Shown here: in pieces, positions 15,328 to 24,681 of the stretch
How positions within the stretch are numbered: the stretch's first letter is position 1
Layout: each line of letters opens with the position of its first letter
Virus record (IMG/VR): IMGVR_UViG_3300011116_000547
Coordinates: 1-59,636 of that record
Reading direction: 5' to 3' (one strand)
Length of the DNA: 59,636 nt
From: a virus
Lineage: Duplodnaviria > Caudoviricetes
The notes under the pieces: model-generated
Told to the model about the DNA's origin: nothing
What the model saw: only the letters and a program-made list of their open reading frames with translations
Databases searched by the model: none
Made by a program: the position numbers and the translations under genes

Positions 15328-17749
15328 GATTGAAATAGAGAGTCCAGAAGCTGCAACTGAAGAAATTGTAGAACTTCAAGAATCTATTCCAGATATAGGT
15401 AACACAGAAATTACACCAACAGCAGATGGTGGAGTTGAAATTAATTTTCAACCAGGAGCTTTTAATCAAGGCGAAAGTGTAAATCATTTTGATAATTTAG
15501 CAGAGTTATTACCAGAAAATATTTTAGGACCTTTAGGTTCAGAACTTTATCAAAACTTTGAAGACTATAAAAATTCAAGAAGAGATTGGGAACAAACTTA
15601 TACTCAAGGTTTAGATTTACTTGGATTTAAATATGATCAAAGAACAGAACCATTTCAAGGAGCATCAGGTGCAACTCATCCAGTATTAGCAGAAGCTGTA
15701 ACACAGTTTCAAGCATTAGCTTACAAAGAATTATTACCAGCAGATGGACCAGTTAGAACACAAATAATTGGAAACTCTTCAAGAGAAAAAGAAGATCAAG
15801 CAACTCGTGTTAGAGATTTTATGAACTATCAGATTATGGATGTCATGAAAGAATATGAACCAGAGTTTGATCAAATGTTATTTTATTTACCACTATCAGG
15901 ATCTACATTTAAAAAAGTTTATTATGATGATTTACTTGGTAGAGCTGTTTCAAAATTTGTACCAGCAGAAGATTTAGTAGTTCCTTATGCAGCAACATCA
16001 TTAGATGATGCAGAAGCAATTATGCATGTTATAAAAATTTCTGCAAATGAATTAAGAAAACAACAAGTAGCTGGATTTTACAAAGATATAGATTTATTGC
16101 CAAGTGATGATTCTGTCACTGAAGCAGATGATGTAAAATCAAAAGAAAGAGAAATCGAAGGAGTCACTAAATCAGGTAATGAAGATATCTTTACTTTAAT
16201 TGAGTGTCATGTAAACTTGGATCTCGAGGGCTTTGAAGATCGTGATCCCAACGGGGAAATGACTGGAATTAAACTTCCTTATATCGTGACGATAGAAGAA
16301 GGCTCTCGTGAAATTTTATCTATTCGTAGAAATTACGAAATAGGTGATCCTAAAAAAAATAAAATTCAATATTTTGTTCATTTTAAATTTTTACCTGGTT
16401 TAGGATTTTATGGATTTGGATTAATTCATATGATTGGTGGTTTATCAAGAACAGCCACATCAGCATTAAGACAATTAATTGATGCAGGAACTTTATCTAA
16501 TTTACCTGCAGGATTTAAAATGCGTGGTATTAGAATTAGAGATGATGCTCAATCTATTCAACCTGGTGAATGGAGAGATGTAGATGCTCCTGGAGGAAAC
16601 TTAAGAGATGCATTTATGACTTTACCATACAAAGAACCGTCACAAACTTTATTAGCATTAATGGGGGTCGTGGTTCAAGCAGGTCAGCGCTTTGCTTCAA
16701 TTGCTGACATGCAAGTAGGGGATGGGAATCAGCAAGCAGCAGTGGGCACGACCGTGGCTTTGCTGGAAAGAGGAAGCAGAACAATGTCTGCAATTCACAA
16801 AAGATTATACTCATCACTTAAATTAGAATTTAAATTATTATCAAGAGTATTTAAATTATATTTACCTGAAGAATATCCATACGATGTTGTAGGTGGAGAA
16901 AAAAATATTAAACAAGCAGACTTTGATGATAGAATAGATATTGTTCCAGTTGCTGATCCAAATATATTTTCTCAAACACAAAGAATTAGTTTAGCACAAA
17001 CTGAATTACAACTTGCTCAATCTAATCCACAAATTCATAACTTATATGAAATTTACAGAAAAATGTATGAAGCATTAGGTGTAAAAGATATTGATAAAAT
17101 TTTAATTCAACCTGCAAAACCAACTCCTAAAGATCCGGCATTAGAACATATTGATGCATTAGGTGGACAACCTTTCCAAGCATTTAGAGGACAAGATCAT
17201 AGAGCACATATCACTGCGCATTTAAATTTTATGTCAACTAATATTGCAAAAAATAATCCAATGATAATGGGATCATTAGAGAAAAATATTTTTGAACATA
17301 TTTCTTTAATGGCTTTAGAACAAGTTGAATTAGAATTTGCACAAGAGTTACAACAAATACAAATTTTATCTCAAAATCCTCAAGCAGTACAAGATCCTGC
17401 AATTCAAGCACAGGTTCAAGAGTTTCAAATGAAATTAGAATCTAGAAAAGCAATCTTAATAGCTGAGATGATGGATGAATTTATGAAGGAAGAGAGAAAA
17501 ATAACTTCTCAATTTGATAATGATCCTATTGCTGCATTAAAATCTAGAGAACTTGACCTACAAGCTCAAGAAAATAGTAGAAAAAAACAAGAGGGACAAG
17601 AAAGAATCAATCTAGACAAGATGAGAGCTATGATGAATCAGATGAATACACAAGAAAAACTGCAACAAAATGAAGATTTAGCTGAATTAAGGGCTGCAAC
17701 ATCTATTGCAAAACAGCAATTTTCTAATATGAATAAGAAAATACAATAA
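15284..17749 (+). CDS. Portal protein
   Basis: 821 aa after terL; HPVLAEAVTQFQA, GSTFKKVYYD, FYGFGLIH; long C-terminal coiled-coil barrel. Confidence 0.9.
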   Translation: MATIDKSLPNEVTNKIEIESPEAATEEIVELQESIPDIGNTEITPTADGGVEINFQPGAFNQGESVNHFDNLAELLPENILGPLGSELYQNFEDYKNSRRDWEQTYTQGLDLLGFKYDQRTEPFQGASGATHPVLAEAVTQFQALAYKELLPADGPVRTQIIGNSSREKEDQATRVRDFMNYQIMDVMKEYEPEFDQMLFYLPLSGSTFKKVYYDDLLGRAVSKFVPAEDLVVPYAATSLDDAEAIMHVIKISANELRKQQVAGFYKDIDLLPSDDSVTEADDVKSKEREIEGVTKSGNEDIFTLIECHVNLDLEGFEDRDPNGEMTGIKLPYIVTIEEGSREILSIRRNYEIGDPKKNKIQYFVHFKFLPGLGFYGFGLIHMIGGLSRTATSALRQLIDAGTLSNLPAGFKMRGIRIRDDAQSIQPGEWRDVDAPGGNLRDAFMTLPYKEPSQTLLALMGVVVQAGQRFASIADMQVGDGNQQAAVGTTVALLERGSRTMSAIHKRLYSSLKLEFKLLSRVFKLYLPEEYPYDVVGGEKNIKQADFDDRIDIVPVADPNIFSQTQRISLAQTELQLAQSNPQIHNLYEIYRKMYEALGVKDIDKILIQPAKPTPKDPALEHIDALGGQPFQAFRGQDHRAHITAHLNFMSTNIAKNNPMIMGSLEKNIFEHISLMALEQVELEFAQELQQIQILSQNPQAVQDPAIQAQVQEFQMKLESRKAILIAEMMDEFMKEERKITSQFDNDPIAALKSRELDLQAQENSRKKQEGQERINLDKMRAMMNQMNTQEKLQQNEDLAELRAATSIAKQQFSNMNKKIQ

Positions 17750-17781
17750 TTATTGTTAAATAATAAAAAAGGAGTATAAAC

Positions 17782-18153
17782 ATGGTTATGAAAATGACAA
17801 AATCACAAAAAAAGATTGGTAAAGTAATGAGAGAGTTCAAAAAAGGTGAACTTAACATTGGTCAATCAAAACAAAAAGTAAAAAATCCTAAACAAGCAAT
17901 TGCTATTGCATTGTCGGAAGCTGGAAAAAGCAGAAAACAAATGGCAGTAGGCGGATTAGCTAATGCAACAAGAACTTTTACTGCTGATTCAAAAGCAAAA
18001 GAAGTAAATCATTCAAAATTTACTGATGCTCAAGGTTATTTAGTTGGCGGAGTAGATGTTGAAATGTCAAATCCTCAAGAAACTCAAGTTCAAGAAGTAC
18101 AAGGTCAAGGAAGCGTCCTTTCAGAAAAAAGAAGATCAGCAAAGTGGTATTAA
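17782..18153 (+). CDS. Small basic head-region protein (KVMREFKKG...KQAIAIALSEAG)
   Basis: AAGGAG RBS; carries xxGG and C-terminal QGQG..KWY motifs. Confidence 0.75.
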   Translation: MVMKMTKSQKKIGKVMREFKKGELNIGQSKQKVKNPKQAIAIALSEAGKSRKQMAVGGLANATRTFTADSKAKEVNHSKFTDAQGYLVGGVDVEMSNPQETQVQEVQGQGSVLSEKRRSAKWY

Positions 18154-18156
18154 GTT

Positions 18157-18585
18157 ATGATTCAAATGCTAGGAGCTGTTGCACCTCTTGCAAAAATCCT
18201 ATTTAATACAATTGAAAAGTCCGTTCCTGATAAAGATCTTCAAGAAAAATTAAAAGCACAATTACAAACACAACTACTACAATCTAATACACAAGAATTA
18301 CAAGCTGCAGCTAAAATAGTCGAAGCTGAAGCAAAGGCGGGATGGTTTGCATCATCTTGGAGACCTTTACTAATGTATGTCTTAATATTTATTTTAGTTT
18401 GGAACTATGTTATAGGACCAGTTATAAAAGTATTCACAGGAGCTGTTATCTCCTTTGAATTACCTGGTGACGTTTGGACTTTATTAAACGTTGGATTAGG
18501 TGGTTATGTGGTGGGTCGTTCTGCTGAATCTGTTGCAAGAACTTTAGCTAATAGACCTGTAAATAAAGAACAAGAAAATGGATAA
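18157..18585 (+). CDS. Holin, GTA 3TM-like
   Basis: PDKD..KLK, AEA...SSWRP, TM segments, LGGYVVGRSAE. Confidence 0.75.
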   Translation: MIQMLGAVAPLAKILFNTIEKSVPDKDLQEKLKAQLQTQLLQSNTQELQAAAKIVEAEAKAGWFASSWRPLLMYVLIFILVWNYVIGPVIKVFTGAVISFELPGDVWTLLNVGLGGYVVGRSAESVARTLANRPVNKEQENG

Positions 18586-18594
18586 GGAGTTAAC

Positions 18595-18807
18595 ATGAGA
18601 AACGACTACGGAATAAGACCAAGAGCAAAATTAAAAAAAGGTAGTTTTCCAGATTTAAATAAAGATGGAAAAATTACTAAAGCCGATATTTTAAAAGGAA
18701 GAAAAGTTCCTGGTTTTAAAAAAGGTGGTATGTCAAAAAAAGCCGATATGATGACAAAAGATATGTCTGAAAAGAAAAAAGGCAAAATGATGAAGAGTAA
18801 AAGATAA
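18595..18807 (+). CDS. Small basic protein with EF-hand-like loop
   Basis: DLNKDGKITKAD; FKKGG; AAGGAG RBS. Confidence 0.7.
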   Translation: MRNDYGIRPRAKLKKGSFPDLNKDGKITKADILKGRKVPGFKKGGMSKKADMMTKDMSEKKKGKMMKSKR

Positions 18808-19013
18808 TGGGTGATATTGCACTTAGAGGACAAGGAAGAGCTCTTTTAAAGAAAGGTAACAAAGCCATAGATATGTCTGAAGAACATGAGAGTATGGAAT
18901 CCGAAGCTGAAGAAGCTGAGGAGTATGAAATGGAAGAAGAAGGTTATGAAGAAACCGAATCAGGCAAAATGGTAAAGAAGAAGAAAAAAAATAAAAAAAA
19001 GAAGAAAAAATAA
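18807..19013 (+). CDS. Small protein: MGDIALRGQGRA leader, acidic block, poly-Lys tail
   Basis: TAATG coupling; N-terminus shared with 20004. Confidence 0.7.
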   Translation: MGDIALRGQGRALLKKGNKAIDMSEEHESMESEAEEAEEYEMEEEGYEETESGKMVKKKKKNKKKKKK

Positions 19014-19226
19014 ATGGGTAAATCTAAAAGAAAACAATTTATTGATTTAGCTAGAAAAGGTGGAACAAGACAAGATTTTATTGATCTTGCCGAAGAACTT
19101 GAAGTTGGTGGAACAAAAGAAGATGAAGTTGTTGTTCCAATACAACCAGCTGAACCAAAACCTCCAGGTAAAGCTAAAGGTGGATTGATTAGAGGTTTAC
19201 CAAAAATTGCATTGAGAGGTTATTAA
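19014..19226 (+). CDS. Small head-region protein
   Basis: KAKGGLIRG..IALRGY. Confidence 0.7.
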   Translation: MGKSKRKQFIDLARKGGTRQDFIDLAEELEVGGTKEDEVVVPIQPAEPKPPGKAKGGLIRGLPKIALRGY

Positions 19227-19477
19227 TGGCTAAACTTTGTCCAAAAGGAAAAGCTGCTGCAAAAAGAAAATTTAAGGTCTATCCGAGTGCCTATGCAAAT
19301 ATGTATGCATCAGCAGTTTGTTCTGGAAAAATAGTTCCTGGTGGACGTAAGAAAAAAGCAGAAGGTGGAAGTATTTCTCAGGAAAGAAAAATGGTATCTA
19401 ATTATAAACAAGGTGGAATAGCTAAAGGTTGCGGGGCAGTTTTAGAAAATAGAAGAAAAGTAACTAAAAAATATTAA
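19226..19477 (+). CDS. Small basic head-region protein
   Basis: AAKRKFKVYPSAYAN; AEGG, YKQGG, KGCGAV..TKKY. Confidence 0.72.
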   Translation: MAKLCPKGKAAAKRKFKVYPSAYANMYASAVCSGKIVPGGRKKKAEGGSISQERKMVSNYKQGGIAKGCGAVLENRRKVTKKY

Positions 19478-19478
19478 T

Positions 19479-19757
19479 ATGGCACAAAACGGTCTTAGAA
19501 AATGGGTTGCGGAAAAATGGGTTGATATTGGATCAAGACGTAAAGATGGTTCATTTGCTCCATGTGGAAGATCTAAAGGAGAAAAAAGAAAAGGTTATCC
19601 AAAATGTGTGCCACTAGCAAAAGCTAGAGCAATGTCAGAATCTCAAAGAAGATCTGCTGTTCAAAGAAAAAGAGCTGCAGGAAATACTGGACCTAAACCT
19701 ACTAATGTTAAAACTTTTGCAAATAGAAAAGATATGAGATCAGGAGGATTAGTATAA
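19479..19757 (+). CDS. Small basic head-region protein
   Basis: LRKWVAEKWVDI..CGRS..YPKCVP; ends MRSGGLV. Confidence 0.75.
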   Translation: MAQNGLRKWVAEKWVDIGSRRKDGSFAPCGRSKGEKRKGYPKCVPLAKARAMSESQRRSAVQRKRAAGNTGPKPTNVKTFANRKDMRSGGLV

Positions 19758-20002
19758 TGGCTGGTGATAAATATTACAAAGCTGAAAAAGCAAGACAAAA
19801 AAAATTTAGAGAAGCTGAAAAAGAGATGGATGAAAATTATAAAAAAGTTCGTAGAGAAGAATCTGAATTTGAATATTTAAATTCATTATTTCCAGAAGAT
19901 TCAACACGAGAATATAATCCAGTTGAGCATTATAAAGATGGTGGATTAGTAAGTAGAGGACAAGGAAGAGTTATTAAAAGTAAAAAAACTAAAATGTATT
20001 AA
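19757..20002 (+). CDS. Small head-region protein
   Basis: YKDGGLVSRGQGRVIKSKKTKMY. Confidence 0.72.
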   Translation: MAGDKYYKAEKARQKKFREAEKEMDENYKKVRREESEFEYLNSLFPEDSTREYNPVEHYKDGGLVSRGQGRVIKSKKTKMY

Positions 20003-20003
20003 T

Positions 20004-20330
20004 ATGGGTGATATTGCATTAAGAGGACAAGGTAGAGCAATGCTTGCATCAGGATCAACTCCAGCATGGCAACGTAAAGAAGGTAAATCTGAATCCGGTG
20101 GATTAAATAGAAAAGGTATTGCATCTTATAGAGCTGCTAATCCTGGATCTAAATTATCAATGGCAGTTACAACAAAGCCTTCTAAATTAAAACCAGGTTC
20201 TAAATCTGCTAAAAGAAGAAAATCATTTTGTGCTAGAATGAAAGGCATGAAAAAAAGATTAACATCAGCTAAAACTGCAAGAGATCCGAATTCAAGAATT
20301 AATAAATCTCTACGTAAGTGGAATTGTTAA
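20004..20330 (+). CDS. Small very basic head-region protein
   Basis: AWQRKEGK..GGLN.KG, RRKSFCARM, SRINKSLRKWNC. Confidence 0.75.
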   Translation: MGDIALRGQGRAMLASGSTPAWQRKEGKSESGGLNRKGIASYRAANPGSKLSMAVTTKPSKLKPGSKSAKRRKSFCARMKGMKKRLTSAKTARDPNSRINKSLRKWNC

Positions 20331-20353
20331 TATAACCAACAAAGGAGAAAGAT

Positions 20354-20605
20354 ATGGATGCAGTCACGTTTTTAAGTAAATTACAGAAGTTTATTAGGGA
20401 TCAATACCAAGGCATTGGTGATTCTATGATATCTGGTAATGTTGACAGTATGGAAAAATACAAGTATATGCAAGGACAGGCAAATGCCTACCAAACAGTA
20501 ATTCAGGAAATCTCTAACCTGCTAAATGAAGGAGCAAAAAAAGATGATAAAGGAAACGTTATCGACCTCGGAAAAGGAAGTTCCAAAGATAAACCTAGGT
20601 CTTGA
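20354..20605 (+). CDS. Conserved hypothetical protein preceding GroES
   Basis: AAGGAG RBS; SG.VDSMEKYKYMQG. Confidence 0.75.
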   Translation: MDAVTFLSKLQKFIRDQYQGIGDSMISGNVDSMEKYKYMQGQANAYQTVIQEISNLLNEGAKKDDKGNVIDLGKGSSKDKPRS

Positions 20606-21011
20606 AGAAAAGTATAAGGAACAAAAAGTAGTAGAAGATAAAACAGTAAGAGCAGAAAATATTACTGAATCTTTAATTGATAGTTTACCTCAACCGTCTG
20701 GTTGGAGACTATTAGTTTTACCATTTACACCTAAAGATAAAACTTCAGGTGGATTAATCATATCACAAGAATCTTTAGACAAAGCACGAATCGCAACTAA
20801 TTGCGGTTATGTTTTAAAGATTGGACCATTAGCTTATTTGGATAAAGAAAAATATCCAACAGGCCCATGGTGCAAGGAAAAAGATTGGGTGATCTTTGCC
20901 AGATACGCTGGTTCAAGACTTCCAATCGAAGGCGGTGAAGTTCGTCTATTAAATGACGATGAAGTCTTAGGGACAATTAAAAATCCTGAAGATGTACTTC
21001 ACTATATATAA
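20544..21011 (+). CDS. groES: GroES-like co-chaperonin with N-terminal extension
   Basis: LPQPSGWRLLV..TSGGLII..VLKIGP..DWVIFARYAG..LLNDDEVLG. Confidence 0.85.
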   Translation: MIKETLSTSEKEVPKINLGLEEKYKEQKVVEDKTVRAENITESLIDSLPQPSGWRLLVLPFTPKDKTSGGLIISQESLDKARIATNCGYVLKIGPLAYLDKEKYPTGPWCKEKDWVIFARYAGSRLPIEGGEVRLLNDDEVLGTIKNPEDVLHYI

Positions 21012-21027
21012 ACCATAGGAGAAAACT

Positions 21028-22038
21028 ATGCCAGAAGACAAAAACGCAAAGACTGTTGACATAGATACATCAGGTCCAGGAGCCGAGGTCGAATTAGACG
21101 TAAAGCAACCTGAATCAAACGAGATAGAGGTATCAAATGAAAAGGACAACGTTAAGTCCATTGACACAGTTGCGGAATCTAATGAGCAACCTGTTGTTAA
21201 GGCAGATAAACAAGAAACAGAAAACAAGGACCAAGGAACAGAAATAGCGTCCGAAGATACAGATAACAAGAAAGAATTAGAAGACTATAGTGAAGGTGTT
21301 AAAAAGAGAATTGCAAAATTAACCAAGAAAATGCGTGAAGCTGAAAGACAGCGTGAAGCTGCCATTGAGTATGCACGTAAAATTCAGGTTGAAAAAGATT
21401 CTCTAGCTGGAAGACTTACCAAATTAGATACAGGTTATGTATCTGAAATGGAAAGAAGAATTAAATCATCCATGGAATCAGCTGCTGCTAAATTAGCACA
21501 AGCTAGAGTTGATGGGGATTTAAAAGCTGAAATCGCCGCACAAACTGAAATATCTAAATTAGGATATGAAGAAGCAAGACTTCTTGATCTTAAATCTAGA
21601 CAATCAGAAGCAAAGGAAGTTGAACCAAAAATTCAACTAAATCAACAACAAGCTGTTCAACAAGAACAACCTATAACTCCAGACCCTAAAGCTCAAAATT
21701 GGGCTCAAAAAAATACGTGGTTTGGACAAGATGAGGCAATGACGTACACAGCCTTTGGATTACACAAAAAACTTGTGGAAGAAGAAGGATATGATGCTCA
21801 AAGTGACGAATATTATGCAGAAATTGATAAAAGAATAAGACTTGAATTTCCGCATAAATTTGCTACAACATCACAAACGATAACTGCAAAACCAGTTCAA
21901 AATGTAGCTTCGGCTAATAGAAGTGGAAAAAACAGTAATCGCAAAACTGTGAGACTCACGCCTTCTCAAGTAGCTATTGCTAAAAAATTAGGTGTGCCAC
22001 TTGAAGAATATGCGAAACATATAATCACGAAGGAGTAA
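21028..22038 (+). CDS. Capsid scaffolding protein
   Basis: Acidic N-terminus, coiled coil, C-terminal LTPSQVAIAKKLGVPLEEYAK; upstream of MCP. Confidence 0.75.
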   Translation: MPEDKNAKTVDIDTSGPGAEVELDVKQPESNEIEVSNEKDNVKSIDTVAESNEQPVVKADKQETENKDQGTEIASEDTDNKKELEDYSEGVKKRIAKLTKKMREAERQREAAIEYARKIQVEKDSLAGRLTKLDTGYVSEMERRIKSSMESAAAKLAQARVDGDLKAEIAAQTEISKLGYEEARLLDLKSRQSEAKEVEPKIQLNQQQAVQQEQPITPDPKAQNWAQKNTWFGQDEAMTYTAFGLHKKLVEEEGYDAQSDEYYAEIDKRIRLEFPHKFATTSQTITAKPVQNVASANRSGKNSNRKTVRLTPSQVAIAKKLGVPLEEYAKHIITKE

Positions 22039-22509
22039 ATGCATATGGAAAAAAACAAAAATATTAAGACCCCTCGTGCGAGCCAAACTAGGACTACTGA
22101 AAAGAGACCTACAACTTGGACTCCACCGTCATCTTTAGATGCACCGCCAGCACCAGATGGTTTTAGACATAGATGGATTCGTACTGAAGTTTTAGGCTTC
22201 GACGATACCAAAAATATGACTGGTAAAATGAGATCAGGATGGGAGCTTGTAAGAGCTGACGAATATCCTGGATCCATTTACCCTGAAATCAAAGATGGTA
22301 AATATGCGGGTGTTATCGGAGTTGGTGGCCTTGTGTTGGCAAGGATACCGGAAGAGATCGCAAAATCTCGTGAAGCTTACTTTAGGAAACAAATAGAAGC
22401 TCGTGAGGAAGCAATTGAAAACGATCTTTATAAGGATCAACACAAAAGTATGCCTATCAATAGTGAGAGGCAGACTCGTGTAACTTTTGGTGGTACGAAC
22501 AAAAAGTAA
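22039..22509 (+). CDS. Conserved head-module protein
   Basis: WTPPSSLDAP..GFRHRWIR..GWELV..GGLVLARIP. Confidence 0.75.
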   Translation: MHMEKNKNIKTPRASQTRTTEKRPTTWTPPSSLDAPPAPDGFRHRWIRTEVLGFDDTKNMTGKMRSGWELVRADEYPGSIYPEIKDGKYAGVIGVGGLVLARIPEEIAKSREAYFRKQIEAREEAIENDLYKDQHKSMPINSERQTRVTFGGTNKK

Positions 22510-22560
22510 TTTTTTGGCAATACCAACGAAGTAAAAATAAACTTAAACAAGGAAAAAACT

Positions 22561-23130
22561 ATGGCTAATAGAAGCTCAGTAGGCTTCGGTCTTAGACCGA
22601 TTGGCAAAGTTGGTCAAAATAGAGACGCCCAAGGTTTAACTGAATACCTAGTAAGTGATAGTCCAACTATCATTTATTTTAACGATGCTGTAAAAGCTAC
22701 AAACGAAGGAACAATCGCTGTAGCTGGTGGAACAGATAAGTTATTAGGATCACTAAACGGTGCGTTCTATACTGACCCAACAACTCAAAAACCGACATGG
22801 AGGAATTATGTACCTTCGGTTGCAGCGACAGATATCGTTGCATTCGTAAGTGATGATCCTTATGAAAGATTTGAGATCAGATCAAATAACACAGGCGCTT
22901 CAGCAACTAGCGATATCTTCAACAATGCAGATATCACTTATTTAGCTGGGGACTCAGCAAACTACGTATCAAGAAGCAGATTGAATGATGCTACTTTAAG
23001 CACAAATTCAGCTCAACTTCAGATACTTGGTTCAACAAAAGATACTGGTGACAATAATATCACTCAATCACACGTTGTGTGGGTTGTGAGAATTAATGAA
23101 CATCAGTTAACATCTACAACAGGAGTATAA
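22561..23130 (+). CDS. Capsid decoration/cement-type protein
   Basis: MAN..FGLRP; beta-rich; immediately upstream of MCP. Confidence 0.65.
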   Translation: MANRSSVGFGLRPIGKVGQNRDAQGLTEYLVSDSPTIIYFNDAVKATNEGTIAVAGGTDKLLGSLNGAFYTDPTTQKPTWRNYVPSVAATDIVAFVSDDPYERFEIRSNNTGASATSDIFNNADITYLAGDSANYVSRSRLNDATLSTNSAQLQILGSTKDTGDNNITQSHVVWVVRINEHQLTSTTGV

Positions 23131-23134
23131 GAAT

Positions 23135-24040
23135 ATGGCTATCTCAAGAGGACAACTAGTTAAAGAACTAGAACCAGGATTGAATGCTTTATTCGGCCTG
23201 GAGTACAAACGTTATGAAAATCAACATCTAGAAATCTTTGATGTAGAAACTTCTGACAGAGCTTTTGAAGAAGAAGTAATGTTATCAGGTTTCGCAAATG
23301 CTCAAATTAAACCAGAAGGTTCTGGCGTTACATTTGACAATGCTCAAGAAACATTCACAGCTAGATACACTCATAACACTATAGCACTTGCTTTCTCAAT
23401 CACTGAAGAAGCGATTGAAGACAACTTGTATGACAGACTTGCATCTCGTTATACAAAAGCATTAGCAAGATCTATGGCAAACACTAAGCAGGTAACGGCT
23501 GCTAACGTATTAAACAATGCGTTTTCAAGCTCTTATCCAGGTGGAGATGGTCAACCTTTATTAGACCAAGCTCACCCTACTATTGCTGGTTCATTTAGAA
23601 ATGAACTTGCAACTGCTGCTGACTTAAACGAAACTTCATTAGAACAGTCATTGATTGATATCAATGCGTTTACTGATGAACGTGGTTTAAAGATTGCTGC
23701 AAGAGGTGTTAAATTAATTATTCCAAGTGAATTACAATTCACAGCGGAAAGATTAATGGCAACTCAAGGTAGAACTGGTACTGCTAATAACGATATCAAT
23801 GCAATCAAATCTATGGGAATGATTCCACAAGGTTATGTGGTTAACAATTTCTTAACTGATTCTGATGCATTCTTTATCAAAACTGACGTTCCAAACGGTA
23901 TGAAGATGTTCGTAAGAGCAGCTATCAAAACGTCTATGGAAGGTGATTTTGATACTGGTAACGTTAGATACAAAGCTAGAGAAAGATACAGCTTCGGCTG
24001 GTCTGACCCTAGAGGTTTGTTTGGCTCACCAGGTGCTTAA
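23135..24040 (+). CDS. Major capsid protein (Mu gpT-like family)
   Basis: MAISRGQLVKELEPGLNALFGLEY..ITEEAIEDNLY..RERYSFGWSDPRG; biased high-expression codons. Confidence 0.9.
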   Translation: MAISRGQLVKELEPGLNALFGLEYKRYENQHLEIFDVETSDRAFEEEVMLSGFANAQIKPEGSGVTFDNAQETFTARYTHNTIALAFSITEEAIEDNLYDRLASRYTKALARSMANTKQVTAANVLNNAFSSSYPGGDGQPLLDQAHPTIAGSFRNELATAADLNETSLEQSLIDINAFTDERGLKIAARGVKLIIPSELQFTAERLMATQGRTGTANNDINAIKSMGMIPQGYVVNNFLTDSDAFFIKTDVPNGMKMFVRAAIKTSMEGDFDTGNVRYKARERYSFGWSDPRGLFGSPGA

Positions 24041-24058
24041 TATATAAGCATTTTTTAT

Positions 24059-24089
24059 TTAATGGGGTGGGTATATCTCACCCCATTAA
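24059..24089 (+). terminator. Stem-loop after MCP
   Basis: TTAATGGGGTG...CACCCCATTAA; no strong U-tract downstream. Confidence 0.6.
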
Positions 24090-24109
24090 TGTGTTAGAAA
24101 GAATGAATT

Positions 24110-24352
24110 ATGACAAAACTGTTTCAAGTAAAGATTAGAGCTTATGGTCACATGGCTGATTTTAAGATTGAAGCAGAAGATAGTGCAGAAAGTATAGAGA
24201 GAGCTATCCTTGACAAAATAGGAAAAAAAGGTATATTACTAAAAGACAGCATGAGATCCTTTGCTAAGGATAAATGCTGGATAACCTATGAGGAGGTTGT
24301 AGATGATATCAGTTCAAGACCTTTACAAGAAGAAAAGGTCATTAGAACTTGA
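24110..24352 (+). CDS. Hypothetical protein
   Basis: AGAAAG RBS. Confidence 0.65.
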   Translation: MTKLFQVKIRAYGHMADFKIEAEDSAESIERAILDKIGKKGILLKDSMRSFAKDKCWITYEEVVDDISSRPLQEEKVIRT

Positions 24353-24518
24353 TTGGGAGCAACACTACATTCAAGAGGGTAAATACACTCTTGATATGGT
24401 TAAGATTGACGAAAAGATAAAAGACGTCATTAACCAGATTAAAATGTCTGAAGCAGAAATTGCTCACAGACAAATTAAAGTAGAATTAGCTGCTCCTGAA
24501 TTTTCTGTAGCTAGCTAA
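24303..24518 (+). CDS. Hypothetical coiled-coil protein
   Basis: GGAGG RBS. Confidence 0.7.
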   Translation: MISVQDLYKKKRSLELDWEQHYIQEGKYTLDMVKIDEKIKDVINQIKMSEAEIAHRQIKVELAAPEFSVAS

Positions 24519-24600
24519 AACTAGCTATTTATATCCGAAAAGTAGATTTTCGATGCAGGTACCCCTTGCGCTATTCAATAAATTAAGTTATATTTTAATT

Positions 24601-24672
24601 ACTATACACTAACTTTCTAATATCGACGCAGTATAGTCGACAGCCTAGAGACGATATTGGAATAACTAGGAG
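24601..24672 (+). ncRNA. Candidate pseudoknotted cis-regulatory RNA overlapping the RBS of the next gene
   Basis: 11-bp stem 24615-24625/24652-24662; loop GTATAGT complementary to ACTATAC (24601-24607); loop CCTAG complementary to CTAGG (24666-24670). Confidence 0.6.
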
Positions 24673-24681
24673 AATAAACTT

